Positions 43,558 through 55,468 of a DNA stretch of 64,000 nucleotides are shown in pieces. The DNA comes from Mayamaea pseudoterrestris. Lineage: Eukaryota. A program made the position numbers and the translations under genes. Location: positions 1 through 64,000 of the forward strand of contig BROI01000037.1 in NCBI GenBank assembly GCA_027923505.1. Direction: 5' to 3'. Under the pieces are notes generated by a model, which did no database searches, was not told the DNA's origin, and worked only from the letters and a program-made list of their open reading frames with translations. The stretch's first letter is position 1. Each line of letters begins with the position of its first letter.

Positions 43558-45624
43558 ATGCGTTCGTTCTGCAGAAGCAAGCTGACTTCACGACGTCAAG
43601 TTCTCTTATTAATGCTACTATCAAGCAGGGCAGCAGCCCTTTCCACTCGAACGGCTCGAGCAGCGATGTCTGTGCACCATCGCACCATCTTTTCAACCAG
43701 ATCAGTCCTTCGTTCGGGAGCATCCGTAACTCGACGAGTCAAGTCGTTGACAGCAAACGATGCTGAAGATGAAGAACGGACCTCCATGTCGTTCTCTGAC
43801 CCTGAATATGATCAAGCTGGTTCACCTTACTACGACACGAACGATTTCGATCCCGAGGCTTACGCTGCCACGGCCGAAGAAAAGAGCCGAGAACGTCAGC
43901 TCGGACCAGTCTCATTCTCCAGCAAACCTCCACAAGTCGTTCCAAATGCAAAGGATACGAAGATGCTTCAGAATATAGCGGATTCGAAAGTTGAACGCGT
44001 CGTTCCTTCACGAAGGAACGTTCCAATTCCAAACTTCTCCATATTTGAAGACTCTACTCCCAAGCCAGCAGCTATCAGCAAGCCAGTTCAGACTCCAGAA
44101 TTAGCTGGTGAGAAAATACAATCCACAATGGTACCGGAGCCACTTGAGAATGCAGTGGTTCCTGTGACTGTTTCTACGACACACTATTTTCCGGCCGAAG
44201 GATCGGGAGATCCAGTGCAGGATGCCGAGATTGCCAGAGCGGCAGCCTCAGGAAATGGTGGATTGACTCTTGTGGATACGATGGAATTAGATTTACAAAA
44301 GCTAGTAGAGCAAATCTACTTGGAAAATGGAGGCACTGAGTTCAATATTAACTCGAGCAAGCAAGTTTCTGTTGTGTTGTTTGGTTCCATGGGGGGCTCC
44401 ACGGAAAAGGATGTCCTCGAAGCAAAGGCAGCAGCAGGCCACACCATGTCGGATCTCGTATTGAAATATAGGGCATTGAAACGAGATATCAGTCGATTAA
44501 AGACGAAGAAGGAACTGACCGACAAGGGTCTCCGAGTCAAAAGTGCATCCAAGGTTGTCCGAGATTCACCTAGCCAGCAGGAAGGGAGCAAACCGATCGA
44601 ACAATCCACAGATCCACTCATCCTAATCGATGCATCAGCCTACATTTTTCGCGCATATTACAGCATGCCTCCGATTCATCGCGGCGACGGCATGCCCACT
44701 GGCGCTGTACTTGGGTTTTGCAACATGCTCAATCGGCTCGCTCTCAATGACTTGCTCTCCGGCAATACTCCTCGACTAGTCTTGGTCTTTGACGCGGCTG
44801 GCAAGAGCTTTCGGAGCGACATTTATCCAGCGTACAAGGGCAATCGTCCCGACGCGCCCGTTGACTTGATTCCTCAGTTTTCGTTTGTGCGACAAGCGGC
44901 GACGGCTTACGGGATTGCTCGCATTGAAGCCGATACCTTTGAGGCGGATGATGTGATTGCAACCTTGGCATGTAGAGCGCAGGAGCAAGGAATTGACGTT
45001 AACATATTCAGCGGCGACAAGGACTTGATGCAACTTGTAACGGACAAGCATGTTCAACCAAGTATTCACATGATTGACCCAGCCACCATGGCTCGCGTGA
45101 CGCATGATGAAGTGGTGGAAAAGTGGGGTTTGCCGCCATGGCAATTGGGCGATTTGCTGGCATTGGCTGGCGACTCAGCAGACAACATTCCTGGAGTTCC
45201 AGGCATTGGTCCAAAAATTGCTGCGCAGCTCATTCAAGAGTATGGAACGCTTGAGAATCTGTACGAAAATGTGGACCAAGTCAAGCAAAAGGCACGTCGC
45301 GCCAAGCTTGAAAATTTTCAGCATCAAGCCTTCCTGTCGCGAAGACTTGTCGAGTTAGATCGCAATGTTCCTTTCCAAAGAATGAAGTCCCAGCGAGACG
45401 GCTTTACCGACGTTGCCGACTTGCGCATGGAGCCCATGGATCCGGACCGTATTATTTCCTTCTACACGGCCATGGGCTTTAACGACATTAAGCGTCGGTT
45501 CCAAAACAGTCTCAACCGCGGCAATTGCCAAGCAATGCAGCAGCGACCCGTCAGCAAGAGTAAATGGCGGCGACCCAAGGCCAGCATACCAACACCGGAC
45601 GAGTATGATGGCGTTCCCTTTTGA
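43558..45624 (+). CDS. Organellar 5'-3' exonuclease (DNA Pol I N-terminal/FEN-like), preceded by a Pol I thumb-like fragment; no polymerase core
   Basis: LILIDASAYIFRAYY, VFDAAGKSFRSDIYPAYKGNR, EADDVIATL, SGDKDLMQLV, LAGDSADNIPGVPGIGPKIAAQLI..YGTLENL (HhH). Upstream EFNINSSKQVSVVLF..STEKDVLE...VLKYRALK. Confidence 0.88.
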   Translation: MRSFCRSKLTSRRQVLLLMLLSSRAAALSTRTARAAMSVHHRTIFSTRSVLRSGASVTRRVKSLTANDAEDEERTSMSFSDPEYDQAGSPYYDTNDFDPEAYAATAEEKSRERQLGPVSFSSKPPQVVPNAKDTKMLQNIADSKVERVVPSRRNVPIPNFSIFEDSTPKPAAISKPVQTPELAGEKIQSTMVPEPLENAVVPVTVSTTHYFPAEGSGDPVQDAEIARAAASGNGGLTLVDTMELDLQKLVEQIYLENGGTEFNINSSKQVSVVLFGSMGGSTEKDVLEAKAAAGHTMSDLVLKYRALKRDISRLKTKKELTDKGLRVKSASKVVRDSPSQQEGSKPIEQSTDPLILIDASAYIFRAYYSMPPIHRGDGMPTGAVLGFCNMLNRLALNDLLSGNTPRLVLVFDAAGKSFRSDIYPAYKGNRPDAPVDLIPQFSFVRQAATAYGIARIEADTFEADDVIATLACRAQEQGIDVNIFSGDKDLMQLVTDKHVQPSIHMIDPATMARVTHDEVVEKWGLPPWQLGDLLALAGDSADNIPGVPGIGPKIAAQLIQEYGTLENLYENVDQVKQKARRAKLENFQHQAFLSRRLVELDRNVPFQRMKSQRDGFTDVADLRMEPMDPDRIISFYTAMGFNDIKRRFQNSLNRGNCQAMQQRPVSKSKWRRPKASIPTPDEYDGVPF

Positions 45625-46479
45625 TCACAAGTTGGTGTTAAACTTGTGTACCCCCTAGAAAGCCATGTAAAACAAGGAGAACCAAAGCCTGCAGCTAAGG
45701 ACGGTCGCTGTGTGGAGCAGGCGTTGTGTCTGCAATTTTTTCCTGGACAGACGAAGCAGTGATCAGAGAAGGCATGCCGCAATTTTCAAGCGCTCATTAG
45801 AATCGAGTTCGTACATCCAATATCCGACACCGTGTCTCTGAACTGTGACTGAAGACTGAAGTAATGCGACTCATGGAAAAGTGGGCTCCCATGTTCTAAG
45901 ATAACTTGGACGGGAATAAGCGACATACGCTTGATCCGTCATATAAGTTACAGGTAGTTTACTTAGCTCGTTGCCCAACAAATGCACGGTTTGGATCCAT
46001 GTTTTGGTTAATTGAGAATGATTCGTCGGCACCACGATCTTTGCATCCCTGTCGCACAACACCCGATGCGCCATTTTTTCCCAGCTGTCCGTTATTGGGA
46101 TGACGTCATCGAACACAATCCGGCGCGCGCCAATGACGCGAGTACACTCTGTAACATACAAAAATGAATTCACGATCCGCTGCCTTCGGACCGGCGAAGG
46201 AAACGCACTTTACGAGCCGCTCGTTGCAAAAGAGACGACGACTCGTCTCGTTTGCGCGCCCATTATATATATAGATTCGGAAGAAGACTAGCAACGCAGT
46301 TGTTTATTGACCATCTCTTGGTCTTGTAAAGAGCAGTTGCGATATTTGCGTGACACCAAACGAAGCAAACGAAAAAGCAAAGGACAATCTACAGCGAGCA
46401 ATCCAAAGAAATCGAGACTCGTCAGCACACACTTCGCCAGCCTTCTTTCTTCGCTACCAAAACTATCACTCGCAGGAGC

Positions 46480-48350
46480 ATGAATACCTCTAGTAAATCA
46501 CGACGAAGATGCAGCAAATTTATGCTGAAACTAGCCTTATTGTTGCTACTTGGTTTGTTTTTCGCTCCAATTGCCGCGCAAAATTCCACATCGACGGAAG
46601 CTCCGACTGCCGATGCAACGACTGCAGCTACCGATGCACCGACGGAAATGCCAGTATCAGTTAGCACGGACAGTCCAACCGCTGCAGATACTCCAGCGCC
46701 AACGCCTGCAGTCACGGAATCTCCCGTTGTAACATCGACGCCATCTCCAACGACTTCGCCAATCGCAAGTACGCCGCAACCAACGGTGGAAGTGGATGAC
46801 GACGACGACGACAATGTCACGCCGTCGCCCACGCCGGCTCCAGTATCGGACCCCCCGACGCCGTCACCTGTCACCTTGACGCAAGCTCCAACTGTAAAGG
46901 ATAATGGCGGCGGCGGCGGCGGCAATGATACGCCTGCGCCTACGCCAACGGTGTCTGCGGAGCCAGTCGAAGACACTATGCGCGGCCTGTCAATCACCTT
47001 TGCCGATGTTCAAGACTCGCTCGTGGACCAAGATGCATTGAATGTTTGGGAGGATGTAACAAAGGTTTGGTTCCAAGAGTCCTTTAATGCGGACACGAGC
47101 AGACGACGCCGCCGCAAGCTGCAGGCCAATCCAGCCAAGGTGGGCATTTCCAAAATGCGGACGGAACTGAATGTCATTGACTCGTATGCATCTGATAATG
47201 GATTCACCATTGTCTACGACCAAGTCATTCGCTACGTTTCGCAATTTGGTCCGCAGAATTCCGAATCACTGGCGAGGCTGCCTTTTTCATACCCAGATAC
47301 GGCTGACATTTATCGCACCGAGCTGCGGCAAAACGTTCCGGGGTTTGCTTCGGTGTCGAGCTTTACCGAGCCTCTAATTACTTCTAGCGCGCCGACCAAG
47401 AGTCCAGGTGGAAACAGTAGCAATGCTAGTGAGGATGACGGCTTTTGGACGTTGCCAGTGATTATTGGAATTGCCGTTGGTGGAGCAGTGTTGCTGTTTT
47501 TACTGTTTTGTTTGGCATGCGTGCTTTGCCGACCAAACAAGGATTCCAGTGGCAGCACCAAGCCTGGAACAAGCCTCAACAGTAACAGTCGATATGGAGC
47601 CAGCAGCAACAACAAGAACAACAATTCGTATGGCAACGCGGCCTACAATCAGCAGTACCATCAACCGGCCGTGGCGCAAATCAATGCCATGGGTAGTTAT
47701 GATGATGTTAGCACCATGGATGAGCCGATAATTCCAAACGTTATTACAAATGCGTCAGGTGATGTTTATGGAGATCAAAGGTATGTGTAATGGCATTTAA
47801 TTGTGCTTCAAACGCTGAAATAACAGTTTGCTCACACTTTTTTCGTTTCTCCGATTTAATGCGCAGCGTTGCTACCGTCGACTATGACTACTCCAAGGCC
47901 TATGGAGGCGGGGGCAACGAGTCGGTCGTTTCGTCTGTGGGAGGTACACTGGGCGACAATACCCGCTTTACCGGTGCCGAGCAAATGCCGCGAGTGGCGC
48001 TGGGAGCGGCGAGCTACGAGTCGGAAGGCGACATTAACAATAATCGACGTTTGGGCGGAAGCAACGGCAACAACAATTTGCGCGAAGAAATCATTGAAGT
48101 CTTGGCGCCAGCTGGCAAGCTTGGTGTTGTCATTGACACGCCCGATGAAGGCGCGCCAGTGGTGCACGCGGTCAAGGACTCCTCGGTGATTGCCGATCAA
48201 ATACAAGTGGGTGACAAGCTGATTGCTGTGGATGACGAGGATGTTCGGTCCATGACAGCCATCAAGGTGAGCAAGCTGATTTCAAAGAAGTCGGCTAATC
48301 CGACGCGCAAGCTGACGATTAAGCGGCAAGTGTTTGTCGATGATGATTAG
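46480..48350 (+). CDS. Type I membrane protein: signal peptide, T/P/S-rich stalk, RXL domain, TM, cytosolic PDZ domain
   Basis: LKLALLLLLGLFFAPIAA; TPAPT repeats; RRRRKLQ; TM VIIGIAVGGAVLLFLLFCLACVL; intron 47781-47866; APAGKLGVVID...PVVHAVKDSS....IQVGDKLIAVDDEDV (PDZ). Confidence 0.85.
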
Positions 48351-48611
48351 ATGAGAATGGAAATGGAAGATTTTTCTTGGTGAATCGTTTTTTTCGTGTG
48401 CACAGTCTCGTGGTGTTGAAATACGATGCTACTCGTTTGCTACTCTGTACTCTGTATACAAGAATTATAATATAAGAGTTTACAATTTATTCTATGTATA
48501 AAAATGAATGAAGAGACAACGCGGAACGAAGCTCAGCGCGAATTCGATGCCATGGCAGTAGCAAGTTGAACGTTGAACATGGCACGGTCGTATGTCGTCG
48601 CTTGATGTGAA

Positions 48612-49022
48612 CTAATATATGACATTGGTCGGCTCGGCTGGCTTCTCTTCGTGCACGGGATATGAAAGAAGCTCATCATGAGGGTCCACATATTGCCGGT
48701 AAAGTTTGGTGTAGTTCAACAGAGGGGCGTCGTCCTCGTCGTTGATGCCATTGTGATCAGACTCGTCATTCACAACTTGCTTTGCAGCGCTATCCCTGTC
48801 AGTCATCCTGTATCGTTTTGGTAAAACCCTACGCATACTTTTCGAGAAGCCGTATGAGATAAGTTTGCTTTCACGGAAGTCTACCTGCGATTCAAGTGTG
48901 ACGAGGGAGGAGCTGGCAGAACTTCCTGCGCCCAAGCTGTCGAAAGGCATGGTTTTGTCAGACTTTGCGACGCTTGAACGAAAAGGGAAACATACGAGTC
49001 TCTTGCATGAATCTGGCATCAT
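48612..49022 (-). CDS. Hypothetical protein (~136 aa)
   Basis: Open frame from MMPDSCKRLVCFPF filling an intergenic gap. No recognised motif. Confidence 0.4.
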   Translation of the reverse strand: MMPDSCKRLVCFPFRSSVAKSDKTMPFDSLGAGSSASSSLVTLESQVDFRESKLISYGFSKSMRRVLPKRYRMTDRDSAAKQVVNDESDHNGINDEDDAPLLNYTKLYRQYVDPHDELLSYPVHEEKPAEPTNVIY

Positions 49023-49628
49023 TTTAGTGTTGTATTGGTCAAGTGTTTGTTGTGTGTCATACAAAGTGAGCCACCAGAGAGCGACTTTGTTTCTGTCGTG
49101 CTTCAGATTTCATGTGAGGCGATTTTTGGTTCAAACTTGGCCGAAACGAAAGAATGAGCGAGCCTGACGAGCCAGCCATGCCGACCCCCTAAAGTGACAT
49201 GACGTGTGCGACCGTTAAGAATTCAGTCACGCGCGTCAAGCACGAGTCCTGATCCTTGGTAGCTACGCGACGACGGACAGGTAAAGTTGCTCCCTTGGGA
49301 GAGGTATTTTGTACTTTCGTTGTTCGACGGCATTATGGAGCCCTTGTTATCGTAGGCAAACTGCGCAAGACGCTCATACATCTATCAACATGTTCAAAAA
49401 AGCGAAAAGCTACGTAGGAGTTGGTTCCGTGTTGTGCGGGCATCGTGTGGTTAGTGCTCACCATTACGGCATTCCACAACAGTACATGTACAAAGGGAGA
49501 TACTAATGTATTCATCGGGCAATTTCTGCGTGACACCGTTGAAAGCCATTGCCCAATAGTTGCAACGACTACTGGTAGCATCCATGCTTACTTACAGATA
49601 CTGTTATGTACAGATAGGTATTGACCTG

Positions 49629-50261
49629 TCAATCCTTCACTCTAACAATTGCCTCGACTTCAACAGTTATATCCAAAGGCAATGCATTTGTGCCGATAGC
49701 GCTTCGAGCATGCAAGCCGCGCTCCTTACCAAACACTTGCACCATGACGTCGCTACATCCATTCATCACCTTGTGCTGCTCGTGAAAGTCACTGGCGCTT
49801 TGAACAATTCCAAACAACTTCACAATTTGTTTAACTCTATCAAGATCTCCATCCAATTCTTGCTTGAGTGTCGCAATCAAGTTTAGACCACATTGTCGCG
49901 CGGCTTGGTAGCCACGTTCGACATCCGCCGCTCGATCGGTCTCGCAGGAAGCTGCGCCAACTACGCCCGTGAAGAGACTTCCATCGTCTCTGAGAGGCAA
50001 ATGACCCGATAAGTATAGCAGAGTGCCGTCTCTTTGACATGGAACATAGTTGGCTGCTGGTTTTGGTGCCGGTGGAAGTTCAATACCAAGCTCTTTCAGT
50101 CTAGCGTCGGTCGTTGACATGCTCATGGCGCCACCTCGAAATTTCAAAATAGTCTTTTCGGCTGTTGGAGGTGCAAAGCCAGTCGAAAGTGTTATAGACT
50201 GATGTGATAGGAATAAGGAAAACGATACAGCAAACCACCGCTGGCGCAACTCGACATGCAT
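49629..50261 (-). CDS. RidA/YjgF/YER057c/UK114 family protein, probably plastid-targeted
   Basis: RLKELGIELPPAPKPAANYV...LLYLSGHLP...GYQAARQCGLNL...DLDRVKQIVKLFG...HARSAIGTNALPLDITVEVEAIV. Signal-like N-terminus followed by STG-FAP. Confidence 0.9.
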   Translation of the reverse strand: MHVELRQRWFAVSFSLFLSHQSITLSTGFAPPTAEKTILKFRGGAMSMSTTDARLKELGIELPPAPKPAANYVPCQRDGTLLYLSGHLPLRDDGSLFTGVVGAASCETDRAADVERGYQAARQCGLNLIATLKQELDGDLDRVKQIVKLFGIVQSASDFHEQHKVMNGCSDVMVQVFGKERGLHARSAIGTNALPLDITVEVEAIVRVKD

Positions 50262-50502
50262 GGTCGTCGGCGTGCATTGTGAAGAAATGATCTTCCTCAA
50301 AACGCTAAGTACCGGTACGATCTGAAAATGCGCCGGCCGGTCACATTCGCAAGACTCGAAACTCAGGTTTTCGAAATTTTCGTCGTCCGTTCATGTTCTG
50401 CGATTTGACGGCTCCGTGCATCCTTCATTCATTTCATCGACTCTCTAATTCATCACTCACTTACACTCAACGTAGCTTATCGAAACAAAACGCAAATTTA
50501 CG

Positions 50503-51453
50503 ATGCGTCTCGGACTCGTCGCAACATCATTGGCGCTGCCTGCCATTTCTGCAGACGTTCAGCGCACCGACAATCGAAGGAGCAGCAACAAGCAAGGCAC
50601 AGTGATTGGTCAAATACTGGAGGACATTCGCTCGCGAATGTTGACAAGTGATGGAGTTGGGCCGTTTTTGCAATTGCAAGAACAGCAGCGACATGGCAAG
50701 CAAGCGTTGTGGAAGAGCCTTCCGACTCGCAAACACCAGCAGCAGCGGCATGCAGATGTATCTGGCAAAGATGGCGACGAAATCCAAGCTCAAGACGAAC
50801 CCGACGTTGGCATTCTATCGCATCGCTCACTGGAGCAAGAAGCACCAGAAGCAGGAGTCGCCGATGAGTACATTGACTACAAGTTTTGCGACTTGTTCCG
50901 TGAACTATCAGCCTTTGATAATATGGTTTGCGACTGCCAAAACAATCCCCGCGCTAGCGTTTCATGCCAAAGCCCCAACGTTTGCTACCAATCGATTGAT
51001 CCAAGTGTGTGCTTGTCGACGCATGTTGACTTGGTGCCTCGCGAAGACCAGGAAACACTCAATCTTCAAGTCTGCTACAGATTACGCGAACCAACGCATA
51101 ATGACTATTGCTTCAGCACTGAAATTAACTACCAAAGCTTCTTCGAGGGGAATGAAACTATCTACGAGTCGTGCGAGTTGAGTGTGAATGGCCAGCAGTG
51201 CAACGCTTGTGAAATTACTAGTCGAAGCTTGAACGCGGGCAACTGCACTGGTCTTTCCGACTTTGACTGCAGCAACACGGCTGCGAACACCGTGGCGTCC
51301 AAGGAATGCAGCACCTTTTATAATCCGTTTCCTGAAGTGACGCGCATTGAAGGGATACATAGTGGCGGTGGTAGTTGGAGGAGGAGAAACTTGATGGCCA
51401 TGACGATGATGGGACTTGGAGCGGCATTGGCTTGGGGTGGTACGTGGATATAA
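50503..51453 (+). CDS. Cysteine-rich secreted/GPI-anchor-like surface protein
   Basis: Signal MRLGLVATSLALPAISA; HRSL (RXL); many Cys (CDC, SC, C..VNGQQCNAC, FDCSN); small-residue site SGG and hydrophobic tail MMGLGAALAW. Confidence 0.7.
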   Translation: MRLGLVATSLALPAISADVQRTDNRRSSNKQGTVIGQILEDIRSRMLTSDGVGPFLQLQEQQRHGKQALWKSLPTRKHQQQRHADVSGKDGDEIQAQDEPDVGILSHRSLEQEAPEAGVADEYIDYKFCDLFRELSAFDNMVCDCQNNPRASVSCQSPNVCYQSIDPSVCLSTHVDLVPREDQETLNLQVCYRLREPTHNDYCFSTEINYQSFFEGNETIYESCELSVNGQQCNACEITSRSLNAGNCTGLSDFDCSNTAANTVASKECSTFYNPFPEVTRIEGIHSGGGSWRRRNLMAMTMMGLGAALAWGGTWI

Positions 51454-51776
51454 AGCTGGGATCGACTATGGGGTAAACTATAAGTATTGCATGATATTGT
51501 TGACTAAGAGCAACTCGGCTACGGTAACTATTCCTGTAGATAGCCATGACTACGTCGTTGCGATTCCAGCGCGTTTCATGACAGCTTCCGAGCAGCACAG
51601 CATCATGTCTCAGCGAACACCGTAGCGACTTCAAGGTCAGCGATGCTCGGTCGTCACTGTGGAACAAAAAGTACCAATTGCCGCACGACTTGAGCGGTGA
51701 GCGCCGAAACCACGAACAAGCAACGACTGCGTACATCCACCGAGTGAACAAAGAGAGCTACAATAACAGCAACAAG

Positions 51777-54657
51777 ATGCCGCTTTTTCGCATCATGGGA
51801 GGATCCTCGCGCAACAGCAGCGGAGGAAATTCATCGCAGCAGCAAGCGGGAGCTCGAAGTGGATCAGGAGGTCCAAGCGTTTCTCGCTACACATACCCTG
51901 GTCAGCGCATGAATTCTTCCGAGCAGCGACAATCAACTAATGCAGCATCGATGATGTCGTCAAGTAGCAACAGTGCAGTGAATCCTTCATCTTCGGTTTC
52001 TCGATCCGAATTGATAGTGCGAGGAAGCAGCGTCGCTCCCGGCGCATCCGCTGCAGCTGCTAATACGAATACGAATGCATCGACACCAGGTTCGTTACTC
52101 CAATCACAATCTACAACCACTAATAATGATGCGTCCACAACAATGACAAGTACAACGCGTCCGGGAGCCTACCAAGTCACTCGCACAAGCGCTGGACCAG
52201 CCCAAGTTTATCGCGTCACCGTTCCTCCAGGCGTGCGACCAGGCACGGAGTTTACTGTACACGCCGGTCCCCGACGCGTCCGCGTCAGGTGTCCACCGAC
52301 ATGTCAGCCCGGAGAGTCTTTGCAGATTTCGCTTCCGCCGGAACCAGAGACTCGGTATGCGCCGCTGCGCATGGCAGCACTGACGGCCACGCCGATGGAG
52401 TTGATGCAAATGATTCAAAATAATGGCAATAGCGGCTCGAGCAGCAGTACTGAAGATGGCATGAAGGAAGTTTGTAAATCCACAATGAACATGACTCTCT
52501 CGCACGCATCCGCTTCATCATGCGGAGGCGGCGGTGGTGCCGTTCCCATGAGCCCAGAAGTTCAACGAGTCAATCAGCAGGCGGCCATGGCAGGAGGCAC
52601 ACCGCAAACCTTTCTTGTCACTATTCCACCCAATGTTTACCCTGGCATGACTTTTGTCGTTCATATGAATGGCACAAAGTTCATGGTGACATGTCCAGCA
52701 AATGCTGGTCCTAATCAAAAGGTGCGAATTGTTCCGCCGAGTAGCCTTGCCGGTGGAGCGACTAACAACAACGACAGCAATTATAATGAACCTCCGGAAG
52801 CCGCTCCCACGACGCAAGTTTTTGAAGTGGCCGTTCCGCCTGGAATTCAGCCAGGTCAACCGTTTGCACTTTTGGCGAATGGACAACGAGTTCTTGTGAC
52901 ATGTCCACCCAATGTGTCAGCTGGTCAAAAGATTCGATTTCAGCTTCCAGTACATGCAAACAAATTGGCAGAGCGCATTCAGCTATGTTACAAGAGTGAG
53001 AAGGAGAATGGATTTGGTTGGATGCGGACGATTCGAGTGACTGATATGAAGTTTCAGTGGGTTCGACTGGATCAACAGCAGCAAGCGAGTGATTCATCGA
53101 TAATGTATGACAAGAAGGACAGCTTGATTGACGGAAGTGACACCAAGAGTGGCACTGGATGCGTCGCGGCCGTTGCAGCTGTGGAAAAAGTTGGCATTAC
53201 GCAATTTGACTTTAGCAAATCAGCCTATGTTCGCAAGATTACTTTTTTGGAGGGAAACGATGCGCGCATGCGAACAGGTGTCATTGAATTGGTGCCGGCT
53301 AATGAGGCTGTTGTTGATTCCAAGCTGTGTGATAACAAGCAAACCCTGGTTTCATATGCGGATATAGTCTCGATTCAAGGCAAGGCGCTCGAGGAGAAAA
53401 CAGAATGGTTCCAGCGCATGTGTGCGCAACTCACCAAGCCTTGGGAAGAGGGACATGTCAAGATTGTCGTGAGGAGAAACCACTTGCTTTTGGATTCGGT
53501 AGATGCTGTCATGAGCCTGAGTCGCGAAGATTTGCGCAAGCGTTGGCGAATTGAGTTCTTGGGTGAGCCTGGAGTTGAAGCTGGTGGCCTGACGCGAGAA
53601 TGGTTCGAGTTGGTGACGGAGCAGATTTATGATCCCGATTTTGGATTATGGAAACCCACAATTAACAATCAAATGTGTTTGGATATCAATCCTGCGAGTG
53701 GTAAGTTTCTATGAATGTTTCGTTTCCCCTTGAATGCCAATTCGGGGAATGAATTTGTTCACGTAACTAACTATTACTTTACCGATCTATTTTGCAGGTA
53801 TTTCATGTCCAGACGATCACTTGGTCTATTTTCGCTTCCTGGGCCGAGTTCTCGGACGCGCCTTTTTTGATCGACAACTTGTTAAAGACCATATGACGAG
53901 AACCATTTACAGGCATTTACTCGGCTGGCCTGTTACGTTTGAAGATATTGAAAACCAAGATGAGGACTACTATAAATCATTAAAGAAGTTATCGCGTATG
54001 AGTCCAGAGGCGATTCCGAACATGTGTCTTGATTTCACTGTCACGGAGGAGCATATGGGAGCCTTTACCGACATGGAATTGATTGAAGGCGGACGGGATC
54101 GAGAAGTCAACAGCTCAAACTTAGCCGAATACCTTGAGTTGAATCTTAAGCATAGACTAATGGGACGTACCAAGCTTCAGTTGACAGAGTTGCTGCTGGG
54201 TTTTTTCGACATCATTCCCGAGCCAGCGCTCACTGTCTTTGATGCGAACGAGCTGGAACTGATCCTGTGTGGACTTCCTGTCATTGACATGGAGGACTGG
54301 AAGTTGAACACACTTTACTCTGGGTGTTTTAGCAGCAATGCACACAGAGAGAAGGTCGTCCAGTGGTTCTGGGAGATTGTGACGGACGACTTTGATGCGG
54401 AAATGAAGGCTCGGCTTCTGCAGTTTGTCACGGGCACGTCGGGAGTCCCTTCGCGAGGATTCGCTGTCTTGCAAGGGATCGACGGCAATATCAAGAAGTT
54501 TACAATTCACGGGGTCGATTTATCCACAAGCGCCTACCCCAGGGCTCACACTTGCTTCAACCGCATTGATCTCCCGTTATATAGCACCAAGCAGGAGCTG
54601 CAGGAGAAACTACGCACGACAATAACACTTTGTGGCGTTGGGTTTGACATGGAATAA
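51777..54657 (+). CDS. HECT-type E3 ubiquitin ligase with three N-terminal V-x-[VI]-P-P...C-P repeats
   Basis: IEFLGEPGVEAGGLTREWF, intron 53701-53797, YFRFLGRVLG, FDANELELILCG, RLLQFVTGTSGVP..GF, catalytic YPRAHTCFNRIDLP. Confidence 0.95.
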
Positions 54658-54814
54658 AATTATTATACCTTGCTACTCCCTGGCTGCTTTTTAGTATCGA
54701 ATACTGGTAGACATTAGGTATTTCACGATAGTTGCTATGCACAAAACTCTCGCTCTGCTTGATGAACTTGACTGAGGCCTTTCTGTCGAGGAGATCCCAA
54801 AATTTCCAACATGT

Positions 54815-55458
54815 ATCTGCCCCACGCCTGCTGAGCTCATCTTTGGGAGAGATATGATCTTCGACGTTTCATCGCGTATCAAATGGGAGGATATAAAGGC
54901 AAAAAGGGACGCAGCGAGCCGTCAAAACAACGCCCGGGAGAACGCTAAACGAGTTGCTTTTAAATATAAAGTGGGCGACTCGGTGTTGCTCCACAAGGAA
55001 GGCATTCGACGGAAGCTGGTGGCACCAAGAGACGGTCCATACCGCATTGTAAGCCTTTATACAAATGGCATCGTCAAGATTCAAAAGGGGATTGTGACGC
55101 AAAAGGTCTCTATCAGGCGCATCTCCCCATACAATGCCTCTTAACTCATCCATTTGGGAAGCGATTGAGCTGACATCACGGTACGACGTCTCTAAGACAA
55201 GGAGTATTCTAGCTATTGAATCACAAGCCGATCCTTTGGATCTCTATAGATGGATCTTTTGAGGATTACGAGAGAAGGTATCAATCAATAGCGTAACGCA
55301 TACTTAATCTGCTTATTGCATGGTTTACCCATCTACGTTAGGTCGCCGCAATCGTGGCATCAAGAAACCGAAATACATGAATGCTTAAGCCCCGCTCATA
55401 CCATGTCCTCTTTCCACTCAATAAAAGACGAGAGAAAACGCTTACTTGGATAGAATCA
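54815..55458 (+). mobile_element. 5'-truncated Ty3/gypsy LTR-retrotransposon remnant: integrase C-terminus, purine tract, probable 3' LTR (~55166-55458)
   Basis: TPAELIFGRDM...NNARENAKRV..KYKVGDSVLL...RKL..PRDGPYRI..LYTNG.VKIQKG...KVSIRRISPY* is a GPY/F-type integrase tail. It is followed by gggaagcga, then a segment starting TGA and ending TCA that contains AATAAA (~55420). Confidence 0.8.
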
Positions 55459-55468
55459 CCGCCGTAGC

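Noticed and set aside
43558..45624. Bacterial contamination or full-length polA
   Set aside because: Flanked by intron-containing eukaryotic genes, has a targeting-like N-terminal extension, and lacks polymerase motifs A/B/C.
45871..46294. Short ORFs between the exonuclease and PDZ genes
   Set aside because: Likely promoter or UTR sequence; no protein signal.
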